A stretch of 64,000 nt of DNA from Gammaproteobacteria bacterium (GCA_013041745.1 JABDRN010000035.1:35036-99035); one strand, 5' to 3'; shown: positions 52,186 through 61,341, counted from the first letter of the stretch. Notes: a model not told the origin generated them from the letters alone. Program-made: numbers and translations.

Positions 52186-53133
52186 TTACAGGCCGGTGTT
52201 ATCTGCCTGCTTACCGTTCGATAAAGTATTATCGGAACCTGCAGCCTTTAGATGGATAGGTGCAAAGGCATCAGACTGCACCAGATCGATGAGTTGTTCT
52301 TTGACCAGTTCGAGGATCGCGAGCAAGGTCACAACGACACCTCGGCGGCCTTCTTCTATAGTGAAAAGACTGGTGTAATCGGTAAAACCTTCGGCGCTGA
52401 GCGCACCCAGCACCGTGCTCATACGCTCACGCACAGACAGCGCTTCACGCTGAATATGATGATGGCTATACATCTCAGCACGTGCCATGGCATCTTTGAA
52501 GGCGAAAAGTATATCTCGCAGATCGACCTCAGGTAAGGGTTTATCCTGATGGATCTCAGGCAGTTCGACATCCGTAAGATAGATATCACGATTAACTCTC
52601 GGCATGACATCGATGTTCTGTGCAGCCGTTTTGAAGCGTTCATACTCCTGCAGACGGCGGATGAGTTCGGCACGTGGATCATCCTCTTCTTCGCTCTCGG
52701 CAGGACGCGGCAGCAGCATACGTGACTTGATCTCAGCGAGCATCGCCGCCATCAACAGGTACTCTGATGCCAGTTCTATTTTTAAATTCTGCATCAACTC
52801 GATGTACTGCATGTACTGACGAGTGGTCTCTTCCAGCGGGATCTCGAGGATATCGATATTCTGCCGCTTGATAAGGTATAACAGCAAATCCAGCGGGCCT
52901 TCGAAGGCTTCCAGGATCACTTCCAGCGCATTGGGAGGTATATATAGATCCTGCGGTATGACGGTAAGAGGCTCACCCTGGATCAGGGCAAACGGCAACT
53001 CTCCCTGTCCTGTCACCTGCGCAGCGATCTCATCTTTCTTATCAGACTGTCCCGGTACACGCTGTCCAGACTGTTCCGCTTCTTTCTCAAGCTGTTGCTG
53101 TCGTTGTGTTTCCTGAATGTCTGGATTTACCAT
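52186..53133 (-). CDS. scpA: Segregation and condensation protein A (kleisin)
   Basis: FEGPLDLLLYLIKRQNIDILEIPL is the ScpA signature. It carries a roughly 50-aa Q/E-rich N-terminal extension. Confidence 0.85.
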   Translation of the reverse strand: MVNPDIQETQRQQQLEKEAEQSGQRVPGQSDKKDEIAAQVTGQGELPFALIQGEPLTVIPQDLYIPPNALEVILEAFEGPLDLLLYLIKRQNIDILEIPLEETTRQYMQYIELMQNLKIELASEYLLMAAMLAEIKSRMLLPRPAESEEEDDPRAELIRRLQEYERFKTAAQNIDVMPRVNRDIYLTDVELPEIHQDKPLPEVDLRDILFAFKDAMARAEMYSHHHIQREALSVRERMSTVLGALSAEGFTDYTSLFTIEEGRRGVVVTLLAILELVKEQLIDLVQSDAFAPIHLKAAGSDNTLSNGKQADNTGL

Positions 53134-53191
53134 AGTTTACCGTTATCTGATGTGATCAAATCAGGCCTGTGATACAGGCCGGTGGTTTATC

Positions 53192-54409
53192 TTACAGATA
53201 GGCTATGCCCATCGCCTTTCTGACATCTTCCAGTGTATCACGAGCGACCTCTCTTGCGGCCTCATTTCCTTCTTCAATAATCGCTTTCACTGTAGAAACA
53301 TCTTCTTCATATTCTTTTGCCCGCTCCTGCATCGGTTTCAGTTCGACCAGTACTGCATCGATCACCGGCTGTTTACACTCTACACAACCGATGGAAGCAT
53401 TTCTACAGCCCTGCTGGACCCAGTCACGGGTTTCATCATCAGAATAGACTTCGTGGAACTGCCAGACCGGACACTTTGCCGGATCGCCGGCATCGGTACG
53501 TCGGACCCTGGCGGGATCTGTCGGCATCGTGCGTAATTTATTAGCTATCGTGTCGGTATCATCGCGTAATGCAATAGTATTGGCGTATGACTTGGACATC
53601 TTCTGGCCATCCAGTCCCGGCATTTTTGATGCCGGCGTCAATAATGCCTGCGGCTCCGGCAGGATAATTTTGCCTGAGCCTTCAAGATAACCAAACAGGC
53701 GTTCTTTATCACCGATCGATATATTCTGCTGCGAATCGAGCAGAGCCTGCGCCACGTTGAGCGCCTCGGCGTCACCTTTTTCCTGGTATTCCTTACGGTA
53801 CTGGAAAAACATGCGGGCATTTTTCTTGCCCATCTTTGAGGCGGCCTGTTTCGCTTTTTCCTCAAAATCCTTCTCACGGCCATAGAGATGGTTGAATCGG
53901 CGAGCCACTTCACGTGTCAGTTCAACATGCGCCACCTGATCTTCACCGACGGGGACCATACCAGCTTTATAGACCAGGATATCTGCGCTCTGTAACAGTG
54001 GATAACCAAGAAAACCATACGTCGCCAGATCTTTTTCTTTTAACTGTTCCTGCTGATCTTTATAAGTCGGCACCCTTTCCAGCCAGCTCAACGGAGTAAT
54101 CATCGACAACAGGGTATGCAGTTCTGCATGTTCAGGTACTTTCGACTGGATGAACAGCTTGGCAGAGCCCGGGCTGATGCCTGCCGCCAGCCAGTCGACC
54201 ACCATCTCCCAGGTGCTTTGTTCGATGATCGATGGATCTTCATAGTGGGTCGTCAGCGCATGCCAGTCGGCAACAAAAAAGAAACACTCATACTCATGCT
54301 GCAACTGTACCCAGTTTTTCAGAACGCCATGATAATGCCCCAGGTGCAGACTGCCTGTCGGCCGCATACCAGATAAAACGCGTTTATGTTGTGTCACTAC
54401 TGTATTCAA
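53192..54409 (-). CDS. trpS: Tryptophan--tRNA ligase (long form with an insertion before KMSKS)
   Basis: GMRPTGSLHLGHYHG (HIGH motif) and QKMSKSY (KMSKS motif). 405 aa. Confidence 0.95.
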   Translation of the reverse strand: MNTVVTQHKRVLSGMRPTGSLHLGHYHGVLKNWVQLQHEYECFFFVADWHALTTHYEDPSIIEQSTWEMVVDWLAAGISPGSAKLFIQSKVPEHAELHTLLSMITPLSWLERVPTYKDQQEQLKEKDLATYGFLGYPLLQSADILVYKAGMVPVGEDQVAHVELTREVARRFNHLYGREKDFEEKAKQAASKMGKKNARMFFQYRKEYQEKGDAEALNVAQALLDSQQNISIGDKERLFGYLEGSGKIILPEPQALLTPASKMPGLDGQKMSKSYANTIALRDDTDTIANKLRTMPTDPARVRRTDAGDPAKCPVWQFHEVYSDDETRDWVQQGCRNASIGCVECKQPVIDAVLVELKPMQERAKEYEEDVSTVKAIIEEGNEAAREVARDTLEDVRKAMGIAYL

Positions 54410-54477
54410 GTTGCTGTTACCTTTCTGTTAATAATTGTTGCTGAAGCTATTTTAAATTTCTGTTTGTAAATGACTGA

Positions 54478-55134
54478 CTAGAGACCAAATATGACACTGA
54501 CGATGTTGACAAAATGCATCACGATCGGCCACAGGATTTTACCGAGTATTCCGCTGACAAGTAATAGCAATATGATAACCATGCCAAAACGTTCCAGCTG
54601 CATGAATGGTAACGCGATATTGGGCGGCAGTATCCCTGCTACCACACGGCCACCATCTAATGGTGGAATCGGTAATAAATTCAGTACCATCAGTACGATA
54701 TTGATAATGATACCGTTTTTGCCCATCTCTACCAGGAAAGTAAGTAGCTGCGACGTTTCCAGCGACAGGTAAGCCAGCTTGATCAGCATAGCCCAGATAC
54801 ATGCCATGAAAAAGTTTGATACCGGGCCGGCAACGGCAACCAGGGCCATATCCAGTAGCGGCGATCTAAAATAACGCGGCTCGACCGGTACAGGTTTAGC
54901 CCAGCCCATGACGAAGGGGCTGATCATCGCCAGGAAAAGCGGTACTGCCACGGTACCCACCGGATCGATATGCTTGATCGGATTGATCGTTATTCTGCCG
55001 AGCTGCTTTGCTGTAGGGTCACCCAGTTTATTGGCCACCCAGCCATGCGCAGCCTCATGCAGAGTGATAGCAAACAGTATAGGGGCAGCCCAGACGGCTA
55101 CGGTATAAGCTATATCAGGAATCGATGACATCAA
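54478..55134 (-). CDS. Site-2 protease family (M50) membrane metalloprotease
   Basis: HEAAHGW zinc motif within a polytopic membrane protein. 218 aa. Confidence 0.8.
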   Translation of the reverse strand: MMSSIPDIAYTVAVWAAPILFAITLHEAAHGWVANKLGDPTAKQLGRITINPIKHIDPVGTVAVPLFLAMISPFVMGWAKPVPVEPRYFRSPLLDMALVAVAGPVSNFFMACIWAMLIKLAYLSLETSQLLTFLVEMGKNGIIINIVLMVLNLLPIPPLDGGRVVAGILPPNIALPFMQLERFGMVIILLLLVSGILGKILWPIVMHFVNIVSVIFGL

Positions 55135-55202
55135 GGGTGGTTATGGCTCTATAGTATTGCGGCCAAGTTTACACGAATCAACGAATTGCTTCACAGCCGT
55201 CC

Positions 55203-55232
55203 ATTTTTCACTTTTCACTTTTGATTTTTCAC
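55203..55232. repeat. Heptamer tract atttttcacttttcacttttgatttttcac
   Basis: Its reverse complement is a GTGAAAA/GTGAAAG-type tract, the same style as 3277-3386 and 55867-55905. Lies just downstream of yciO. Confidence 0.5.
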
Positions 55233-55239
55233 TGGTTTA

Positions 55240-55857
55240 TCAGAGCCCATGATCCTTACCTTTACCATGGCGCAGTATCTCCGGCGCACCATCGGTCATG
55301 CGGATGACAGTCGTTGGCTCGATGCCACAGTGGCCGCCGTCGATGATAAGGTCGACGTGTTTTTCCAGCTGCAGACGCACATCTTCAGCGTCTGTCACCG
55401 GAAGTTCTTCACCGGGCAGAATCAGGGTACAGCTCATCAGCGGCTGACCGAGCTCTTCCAGCAACTCATTGACGATCGGCACATCCATTATGCGCAGGCC
55501 TATACGACGACGCTTGGGATGCATCAGGCGACGCGGTACCTCGCTGGTACCGGGAAGGATGAAAGTGTAAGGGCCGGGCGTCAGGGATTTCAGCAGGCGA
55601 TAATCAGAGTTATCGATCTTTGCATAGGTTGAGATCTCGGACAGGTCGCGACACACCAGCGTCAGATTATGTTTATCATCGATCTGGCGGATACGACGCA
55701 GACGCTCCATCGCGTTCTTGTCACCGATATGGCAACCGAGTGCATAACTGGAATCCGTCGGGTAGACGATCAAGCCACCATCATGAATGATATCGACCGC
55801 CTGTTTGATCAAACGCTTCTGCGGGTTATCTGGATGAACTTCGAAATACTGACTCAT
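55240..55857 (-). CDS. yciO: Sua5/YciO/YrdC-family (L-threonylcarbamoyladenylate synthase-like) protein
   Basis: 205 aa. IVYPTDSSYALGC, and the KRRRIGLRIMDVP region is typical of YciO. Confidence 0.8.
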   Translation of the reverse strand: MSQYFEVHPDNPQKRLIKQAVDIIHDGGLIVYPTDSSYALGCHIGDKNAMERLRRIRQIDDKHNLTLVCRDLSEISTYAKIDNSDYRLLKSLTPGPYTFILPGTSEVPRRLMHPKRRRIGLRIMDVPIVNELLEELGQPLMSCTLILPGEELPVTDAEDVRLQLEKHVDLIIDGGHCGIEPTTVIRMTDGAPEILRHGKGKDHGL

Positions 55858-55866
55858 AGGTAAAGC

Positions 55867-56110
55867 AGTGAATAGTTAATAGTGAATAGTGAAAGAATGA
55901 AAAACGATACTATAGACAATGATGAGTTGAAAAATAGTGACAATATCTGAATTTTACACTGTCTGCCGGACAAAAAAACTGTCATCTCGGCCAACGGGAG
56001 ATATCTTTTACACCCCTGCAAAATCGCTCAAATCCGTTCAAGATAGCAAGCAGTAATGAAAATTACTTATTACGCTTTTACTATTCACTGTTAACTATTC
56101 ACTATTCACT
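55867..56110. repeat. About 244-bp element bounded by AGTGAATAG-rich inverted repeats (MITE- or REP-like)
   Basis: The left arm is agtgaatagttaatagtgaatagtgaaag (55867-55895). The right arm is cttttactattcactgttaactattcactattcact (56075-56110), whose reverse complement is agtgaatagtgaatagttaacagtgaatagtaaaag. A tataat sequence follows at about 56121. Confidence 0.55.
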
Positions 56111-56180
56111 AAACAACGGTATAATGCCAACCCTCGACAAACAGGAAGGCTTTATTTAGCCGATAATTTACATTAAAACA

Positions 56181-56840
56181 ATGAAGTTACTATTTGATTT
56201 CTTTCCAATTATCTTATTTTTTGTCAGCTACTATCAAGCAAGCTTTCTAGTTGAAAATACATTCATCGGCAAACTCATCGATCCTACCAGGCCGGACTTT
56301 ATCACTGCCACCATCGTCGCTACCGGCATCGCCATCGTAGCCAGCTTCGTCCAGGTCGCTATACACTGGTTCAAGACGCACAAGTTAGAACGCATGCACC
56401 TGTTTTCGCTTGCATTGATTACGGTACTTGGTACGATCACCATCTTACTGGGCAACCCGGCATTCATCCAGTGGAAACCAACGGTATTAAACTGGCTGTT
56501 TGCCCTGGTATTTCTGGGCAGCATGTTCATCGGTGACAGACCGATCATACAGCGCATGATGGGTGAACATATCTCACTACCCGAACCGGTGTGGAGCACA
56601 CTCAATCTTTCATGGGTCGCCTTCTTTTTCGTCAGTGGCGCTGCAAACCTGTATGTTGCTTTTTACTACAACCTGGGCGCATCAGACGAAGCACGGATGG
56701 ACACCTGGGTAAACTTCAAACTGTTCGGTTTGATGGGACTGACCATCGCTTTTGTCATTCTGCAGGCGCTCTATCTCTCCCGTCATATCACTGAAGATGA
56801 CCTGGAAAAAAGCACCGAGAACAACGGAGAGAAGCAGTAA
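56181..56840 (+). CDS. yciB: Intracellular septation protein YciB/IspZ
   Basis: [19 protein letters not shown]-terminus, five TM helices, and a short acidic C-terminal extension. Confidence 0.85.
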   Translation: MKLLFDFFPIILFFVSYYQASFLVENTFIGKLIDPTRPDFITATIVATGIAIVASFVQVAIHWFKTHKLERMHLFSLALITVLGTITILLGNPAFIQWKPTVLNWLFALVFLGSMFIGDRPIIQRMMGEHISLPEPVWSTLNLSWVAFFFVSGAANLYVAFYYNLGASDEARMDTWVNFKLFGLMGLTIAFVILQALYLSRHITEDDLEKSTENNGEKQ

Positions 56841-57142
56841 TGTTATATGCCATCATTGCCGAAGACGTAGCCAACAGCCTGCAGGACCGCCTCGCCGCGA
56901 GGCCGAAACACCTCGAACGCCTTAGCGCATTACAGGACCAGGGCCGACTGATACTGGCAGGCCCTCACCCGGCCATCGACTCGGAAGATCCGGGTGAAGC
57001 AGGTTTTAGCGGCAGCCTGGTGGTTGCTGAATTCGACAGCCTGGAGCAAGCAAAAACATGGGCAGACGCCGACCCTTATGTCGCTGCAGGGGTTTATGCC
57101 AGGGTGACAGTCAAACCGTTTAAAAAAGTCTTTCCTAATTAA
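56840..57142 (+). CDS. yciI: YciI-family protein
   Basis: 100 aa. [10 protein letters not shown]...RPKHLERL...GRLILAGP. 1-nt overlap (TAATG) with yciB. Confidence 0.8.
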   Translation: MLYAIIAEDVANSLQDRLAARPKHLERLSALQDQGRLILAGPHPAIDSEDPGEAGFSGSLVVAEFDSLEQAKTWADADPYVAAGVYARVTVKPFKKVFPN

Positions 57143-57193
57143 TCAACAACAACTATTAACCGGCCCTTATTTCCGATACAATGCGCGCTGCAC

Positions 57194-57280
57194 GCCGGAG
57201 TGGTGGAATTGGTAGACACGTCGGATTCAAAATCCGATGCTAGCAATAGCGTGCCGGTTCAAGTCCGGCCTCCGATACCA
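57194..57280 (+). tRNA. tRNA-Leu (anticodon CAA), 87 nt, CCA encoded, with a C2xA71 mismatch and a G1-U72 pair in the acceptor stem
   Basis: Folded by hand. Acceptor gccggag / ctccgat. D arm gtgg-aattggtagac-ac. Anticodon stem tcgga/tccga with loop ttCAAaa. Long variable arm gcta-gcaa-tagc. T arm gccgg-ttcaagt-ccggc. Discriminator A followed by CCA. Confidence 0.85.
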
Positions 57281-57849
57281 TATATTTCAAATAGTAAAAA
57301 ACCACCATCAAATACAAAATTAACACCAACTTCCATATAGACGTTGTGTAGACAGATTATTTTCTGATAAATCTTCTTACATACAGGATAAAACCGCAGC
57401 CAATAACTGACGTTCAATATTATCCTATTACGATTAAAGGTGGTTGCTTTTCGATACAATGGCGCAACCAAACCGACGCATGAACTTATTAGATAAAACA
57501 AGTGCGTATCTACCGGATTATTTGCGGACACGTCCGGTGTCGCGTTATGAAGGATTAGATTTTAACCCTACCGCTAATCCCTGTACTTACAATGAAAACT
57601 AGAATCAATATGAGTTTGTTCAAAGGAGTATAAAAAGAAACATAACTGTTAAAGTTTATTCATTTCGCACCATAAACTATTATAAGTAATCAATTTCAGT
57701 GCACTATTTATCACTGTCTTCTTGTCGGCCTTGAGTAGGCCGAGCTAATAGAATAACGATTAATAACAACACCGCTACGACTATCATTACCGAATAGGTC
57801 ATCACATCTAAAATCAAAAATACACTCCTTACACTGTTTCTTTTTCTGC

Positions 57850-58332
57850 TTAATTAAAAGGTACCGCAATACCTATATCTTCGTCCGCCAGTACCATGAA
57901 GAAACTGATCCAGTTTTCATCATTAAAAGTTTTTACAATTTGTTCTCGGCAAGATAGCTTGTATTCCAGGACTTCACGTTGCAGCCTGAATATCTCGTTT
58001 TGCATTTGCACTATCTGAGCTGATGAAACAGTCGGTGAAAGTGCGGCCTGTTTAATAGCTATACGTTTACGTGCGATTTTCTCTATCGCGGCAACCATCG
58101 GTGTTTTGTTTGTGTTGCGCCAGTCGTTGATCTCATCGACCTGTTTTTGTGTGAGACCGATAAAATCCTTGTTCTTGATTATTAACGGCATCAGCAGAGG
58201 CAGATAATTAATTTTATCCAGCTTTTCACTAGCGAGCTCTAATTCAGGACCTTTCATGTCCAACGTAGCCCCAGCGAATACTAACGGTGTCACGAGAAAT
58301 ATACTGATTGTAAATAATACGCGGATGCCCAT
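57850..58332 (-). CDS. Secreted helical protein with one LTXXQ motif (possibly Spy/CpxP-like)
   Basis: Signal peptide MGIRVLFTISIFLVTPLVFAGA, GLTQKQVDEINDW (LTXXQ), and a predicted all-helical fold. 160 aa. Confidence 0.45.
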   Translation of the reverse strand: MGIRVLFTISIFLVTPLVFAGATLDMKGPELELASEKLDKINYLPLLMPLIIKNKDFIGLTQKQVDEINDWRNTNKTPMVAAIEKIARKRIAIKQAALSPTVSSAQIVQMQNEIFRLQREVLEYKLSCREQIVKTFNDENWISFFMVLADEDIGIAVPFN

Positions 58333-58670
58333 AGGGTAACCTCCTGTTCAATTGTTTTACTATTTTTATTCCATTTTCAGCTACCCTGAAATTTTTCGGA
58401 TTAGCTGTTACCACTAACGTATATTTAACGCTAATAATATTGTTATATAATTATATTCTTATGTTTATAAGCAAGAATTTACCGCTTTCATAAGTGTACG
58501 TATTATAATCAGATTTTTTTCACTAGATTGTTAAAAAGTGTTAAATGTTAACGCTATTAGCGTGTCTAGCAATGTCTGGGAAGTCCAAACTTGAAGAGCT
58601 GCAGCATGGTACTAACAGGCAGAAAACAGTCATAAACGGCATAAAAAACATCGACTATCCTCAATAGAAG

Positions 58671-58688
58671 TATTTGTTTAAACAAATA
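58671..58688. promoter_or_regulatory. Perfect 18-bp palindrome tatttgtttaaacaaata in an ORF-free AT-rich spacer
   Basis: Read directly. Candidate operator for a dimeric regulator. No regulator gene is adjacent. Confidence 0.35.
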
Positions 58689-59036
58689 TTTAGCAAAATC
58701 TATAGCACAGAAAATAAATAGGTCTTTTTAAAGGAATAATAAGTTCATAATCTTCCAACTAATTTTAAAAGTGTACACAAACTTGGCAACACTTCTTTTT
58801 ATGTTGATGGTCGTCGCATAAGGGTCACTAACTGACACTCCCCCTCATGATTTAGCTGTCAAACTAATGGCGCTATTGGTCAATTTAATTACACCGCTGC
58901 TCACTAATATTCTATCCAGACTTCAATAAATACCTGTCGTATCAAGCGGTATTTATATGCAGTCACATTAAATGAGAATCACGCTACAGGAGTCTCCCCA
59001 AAATATAAAGATTTCTGCTTATTGTGATGCACTCTG

Positions 59037-59066
59037 CCTGCCCTGTTAATTCAGGGTGGGTTTTTT
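59037..59066 (+). terminator. Orientation-specific intrinsic terminator with no upstream ORF (orphan terminator)
   Basis: Stem cctgccctg (59037-59045) / cagggtggg (59052-59060) with two G-U pairs, loop ttaatt, then tttttt (59061-66). The opposite strand has no U-tract. Confidence 0.45.
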
Positions 59067-59208
59067 ATTGTCCGGATGGTTTGTACAATATAAAATTGAT
59101 CCTTATCAATGATAACTTTGGGTAATCGTTTTAGCCTTAAACCCTAAACCGATACATCAAATATAATCCTGATCGACTTTGGCTGACCATAATTCTCCTT
59201 CCTGCTCT

Positions 59209-59541
59209 ATGAAGAAAACTAAAAAATCAAAAAAAAAGCGACTGAGTGCAATAAGAGACTGGCGCTCGTGGCTAGTAAAGCCAAAAATAGTTACTGAAGA
59301 GGCCTGCGTTATTTCGAGCAGAACGGACACAGCAATTGATGCCGGCAGCGAAAAAAAAGGCACCAGTCGAAGAGCACAGGATGCAGTTCAATCAAGCAGT
59401 CTAAAACGGAAATTAAACCTGGACCGCAGAGCTGCCAGGAATGAACGCAGAGTCAATTCGAATCACAACTACAAGGGCCCTGTGCGTCGCTACACTATCG
59501 ATAGAAGAGTGAATCTTCACGACCGCAGGAGCAAGAACTAG
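59209..59541 (+). CDS. Highly basic, probably disordered protein with repeated (D/E)RR motifs
   Basis: From the ATG at 59209: MKKTKKSKKKRLSAIRDWRSW...LDRRAARNERRVNSNHNYKGPVRRYTIDRRVNLHDRRSKN. The Shine-Dalgarno sequence is poor, and coding status is uncertain. Confidence 0.35.
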   Translation: MKKTKKSKKKRLSAIRDWRSWLVKPKIVTEEACVISSRTDTAIDAGSEKKGTSRRAQDAVQSSSLKRKLNLDRRAARNERRVNSNHNYKGPVRRYTIDRRVNLHDRRSKN

Positions 59542-59593
59542 GTTTTTATATAGCGCCCTCACCCGACAACAGCAATGCTAGCGTCTCGTTAAA

Positions 59594-60550
59594 CTAAAAT
59601 CTAACGTTATTTTCGATGTCTCGACAAGCACGTTTCTTGTAACGCTCACACTCATTGAGGAAGTTTTCGGTACTCACCGGCATTGGTGTTCTAGCCCTTG
59701 TAATGAAAGCAATCAGCCTGACACCCGCCTTTAACATATGCCTGACATCGATAACATCAACCAGTGGTTGATCATAACCAGGCGGGACTTCTACCGGTTC
59801 AAATTCCGTTACCGACTCACCTGAGACCACGAAATCCGACCAGACATCATAGATATCAGCATCGGTACGAAGCGTTTCACATTTACGCCGTGCCGTTTTT
59901 GCGTATTCGAGTAACAACTGGTCAAGACCGGGAAATCTCGGGTCCTCCCTAATACAGCCGGCCATATATTCAGCTGCCTTATCGATGTTTTTCATGGTCA
60001 TCGCGATCTTGACATATCGGCTTTCGTAAAAATCATCTATCGGCATGATGAATGCCTTGAAAGGCTCTCCCCAGAGTTCATCGATACCTTCATCACCATT
60101 ACGGTGTTTAACGAGCTTACCAAAATCAAGCGCCTCACGAAGACACAGGCCACAGGTATGCATCAGGTCATTTTCAGGCAGTATCTCGACACCACTGGCT
60201 TCCAGTTCGACCAGGTGGGTAAAGATGTCGGCAGCACGGTTGAATAAGGCACCGGCAAGCATTGCACCCTTAACACGTTTTTTCCTGGGATCCTGCTCAG
60301 CATCATAGGCTGCCCTGACATCATCGAGTAATCGACCAGGTATATTGATACCGTGTTCCATATGGTTGAACAAACGGCGTGTCAATGACTGGATCAGTTG
60401 TTTCTTCGCAATGAGATTGTCTACCGGGGGCTCATAACACTTTATCCAGTAACCATCATAAAAAACGTTGGTAACGCCATTGATTTCTTTGCGTGCACCA
60501 TTGATGACGGTCTTGTTTATTTTCGGTTCGGTACTCACTTTGATATGCAT
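59594..60550 (-). CDS. Hypothetical 318-aa protein with no recognisable motif
   Basis: Long open frame with balanced composition. Convergent with the basic-protein ORF. Confidence 0.6.
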   Translation of the reverse strand: MHIKVSTEPKINKTVINGARKEINGVTNVFYDGYWIKCYEPPVDNLIAKKQLIQSLTRRLFNHMEHGINIPGRLLDDVRAAYDAEQDPRKKRVKGAMLAGALFNRAADIFTHLVELEASGVEILPENDLMHTCGLCLREALDFGKLVKHRNGDEGIDELWGEPFKAFIMPIDDFYESRYVKIAMTMKNIDKAAEYMAGCIREDPRFPGLDQLLLEYAKTARRKCETLRTDADIYDVWSDFVVSGESVTEFEPVEVPPGYDQPLVDVIDVRHMLKAGVRLIAFITRARTPMPVSTENFLNECERYKKRACRDIENNVRF

Positions 60551-60804
60551 CCAAATAGTAATTAACTTGATGGGGATTTTGATCTGATTGCACTTGAAGA
60601 ACCAAGTATCCTTATTCTAACGAATTTTTCAAGGGTATTAGATATTCATATCTTGACTTTCCTGTACCGCCCTTATTGTATGTATGCTTAAGCTGAGCTG
60701 ATCAATGAAAACAGCCATCCCTGAATAGAACGCCCTGCTTCGAAACTTTATGCATCATCAGCAGTCACAACATACATTATCAGTATCAGTATCAGGTCAA
60801 TTCT

Positions 60805-61341
60805 ATGAAAAAACCACTCATTCTGCTCGCTGCTATCAGCTCTGTCATAGTAATATCTTCAACAGTAATAAGTGCTGACAGAACGCCATCAGAGAGCACA
60901 AGCAACTATATCAAACCAACCGATGCTGAACTAAAGAAACGACTGACACCTCTGCAGTATTCAGTGACCCAGGAAGAGGATACAGAACGGCCTTTCGATA
61001 ACGAATACTGGGATGAAAAGCGCGATGGCATCTATGTCGACGTGGTCAGCGGTGAACCCTTATTTTCATCCAGCCATAAGTACAAATCCGGTACCGGCTG
61101 GCCCAGTTTCTACCAGGCACTGGAATCTTCAAATATTACTGAAAAGACCGACTATGTACTTATCTACCCGCGTACCGAGGTCCGCAGCAAATATGCCGAC
61201 TCTCACCTGGGACATGTGTTTAAAGATGGCCCGGCACCGAGTGGACTTCGTTATTGTATTAACTCAGCCTCATTAAGGTTCATCCCTAAAGAAGATCTGG
61301 CAAAAGAAGGATATGAAGAATATGCTGAGCTATTCGACTAG
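60805..61341 (+). CDS. msrB: Peptide-methionine (R)-S-oxide reductase MsrB with an N-terminal signal peptide
   Basis: [24 protein letters not shown], then [17 protein letters not shown] and RYCINS (catalytic Cys). It lacks both zinc CxxC pairs and the resolving Cys. Confidence 0.9.
   Translation: MKKPLILLAAISSVIVISSTVISADRTPSESTSNYIKPTDAELKKRLTPLQYSVTQEEDTERPFDNEYWDEKRDGIYVDVVSGEPLFSSSHKYKSGTGWPSFYQALESSNITEKTDYVLIYPRTEVRSKYADSHLGHVFKDGPAPSGLRYCINSASLRFIPKEDLAKEGYEEYAELFD

Noticed and set aside
53192-54409. TrpRS is about 70 aa longer than the E. coli enzyme because of an insertion before KMSKS
   Set aside because: As far as I recall, long-form TrpRS with this insertion is common in Pseudomonas-like gammaproteobacteria. 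I treat it as a lineage feature, not a novelty.
57259-57531. 90-aa minus-strand ORF overlapping the 3' end of tRNA-Leu
   Set aside because: It overlaps a well-folded tRNA, is AT-rich, and has no ribosome-binding site or motif. It is most likely spurious.
58545-58667. 40-codon plus-strand ORF (MLTLLACLAMSGKSKLEELQHG...) in the ORF-free spacer
   Set aside because: It has no Shine-Dalgarno sequence and no recognisable motif, and it lies in AT-rich DNA where short ORFs arise by chance.
58975-59040. Possible c-di-GMP-I (GEMM-I) riboswitch, considered because aatCACGCtACAGGag resembles the CACGCACAGGGC start of that motif and the window is rich in GGDEF/EAL genes
   Set aside because: I could not find the second half of the motif (the GACGCAAAGCC...CCGGCC-type helix and tetraloop receptor). 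The resemblance is limited to about 10 nt, so a covariance-model scan would be needed before making any claim.
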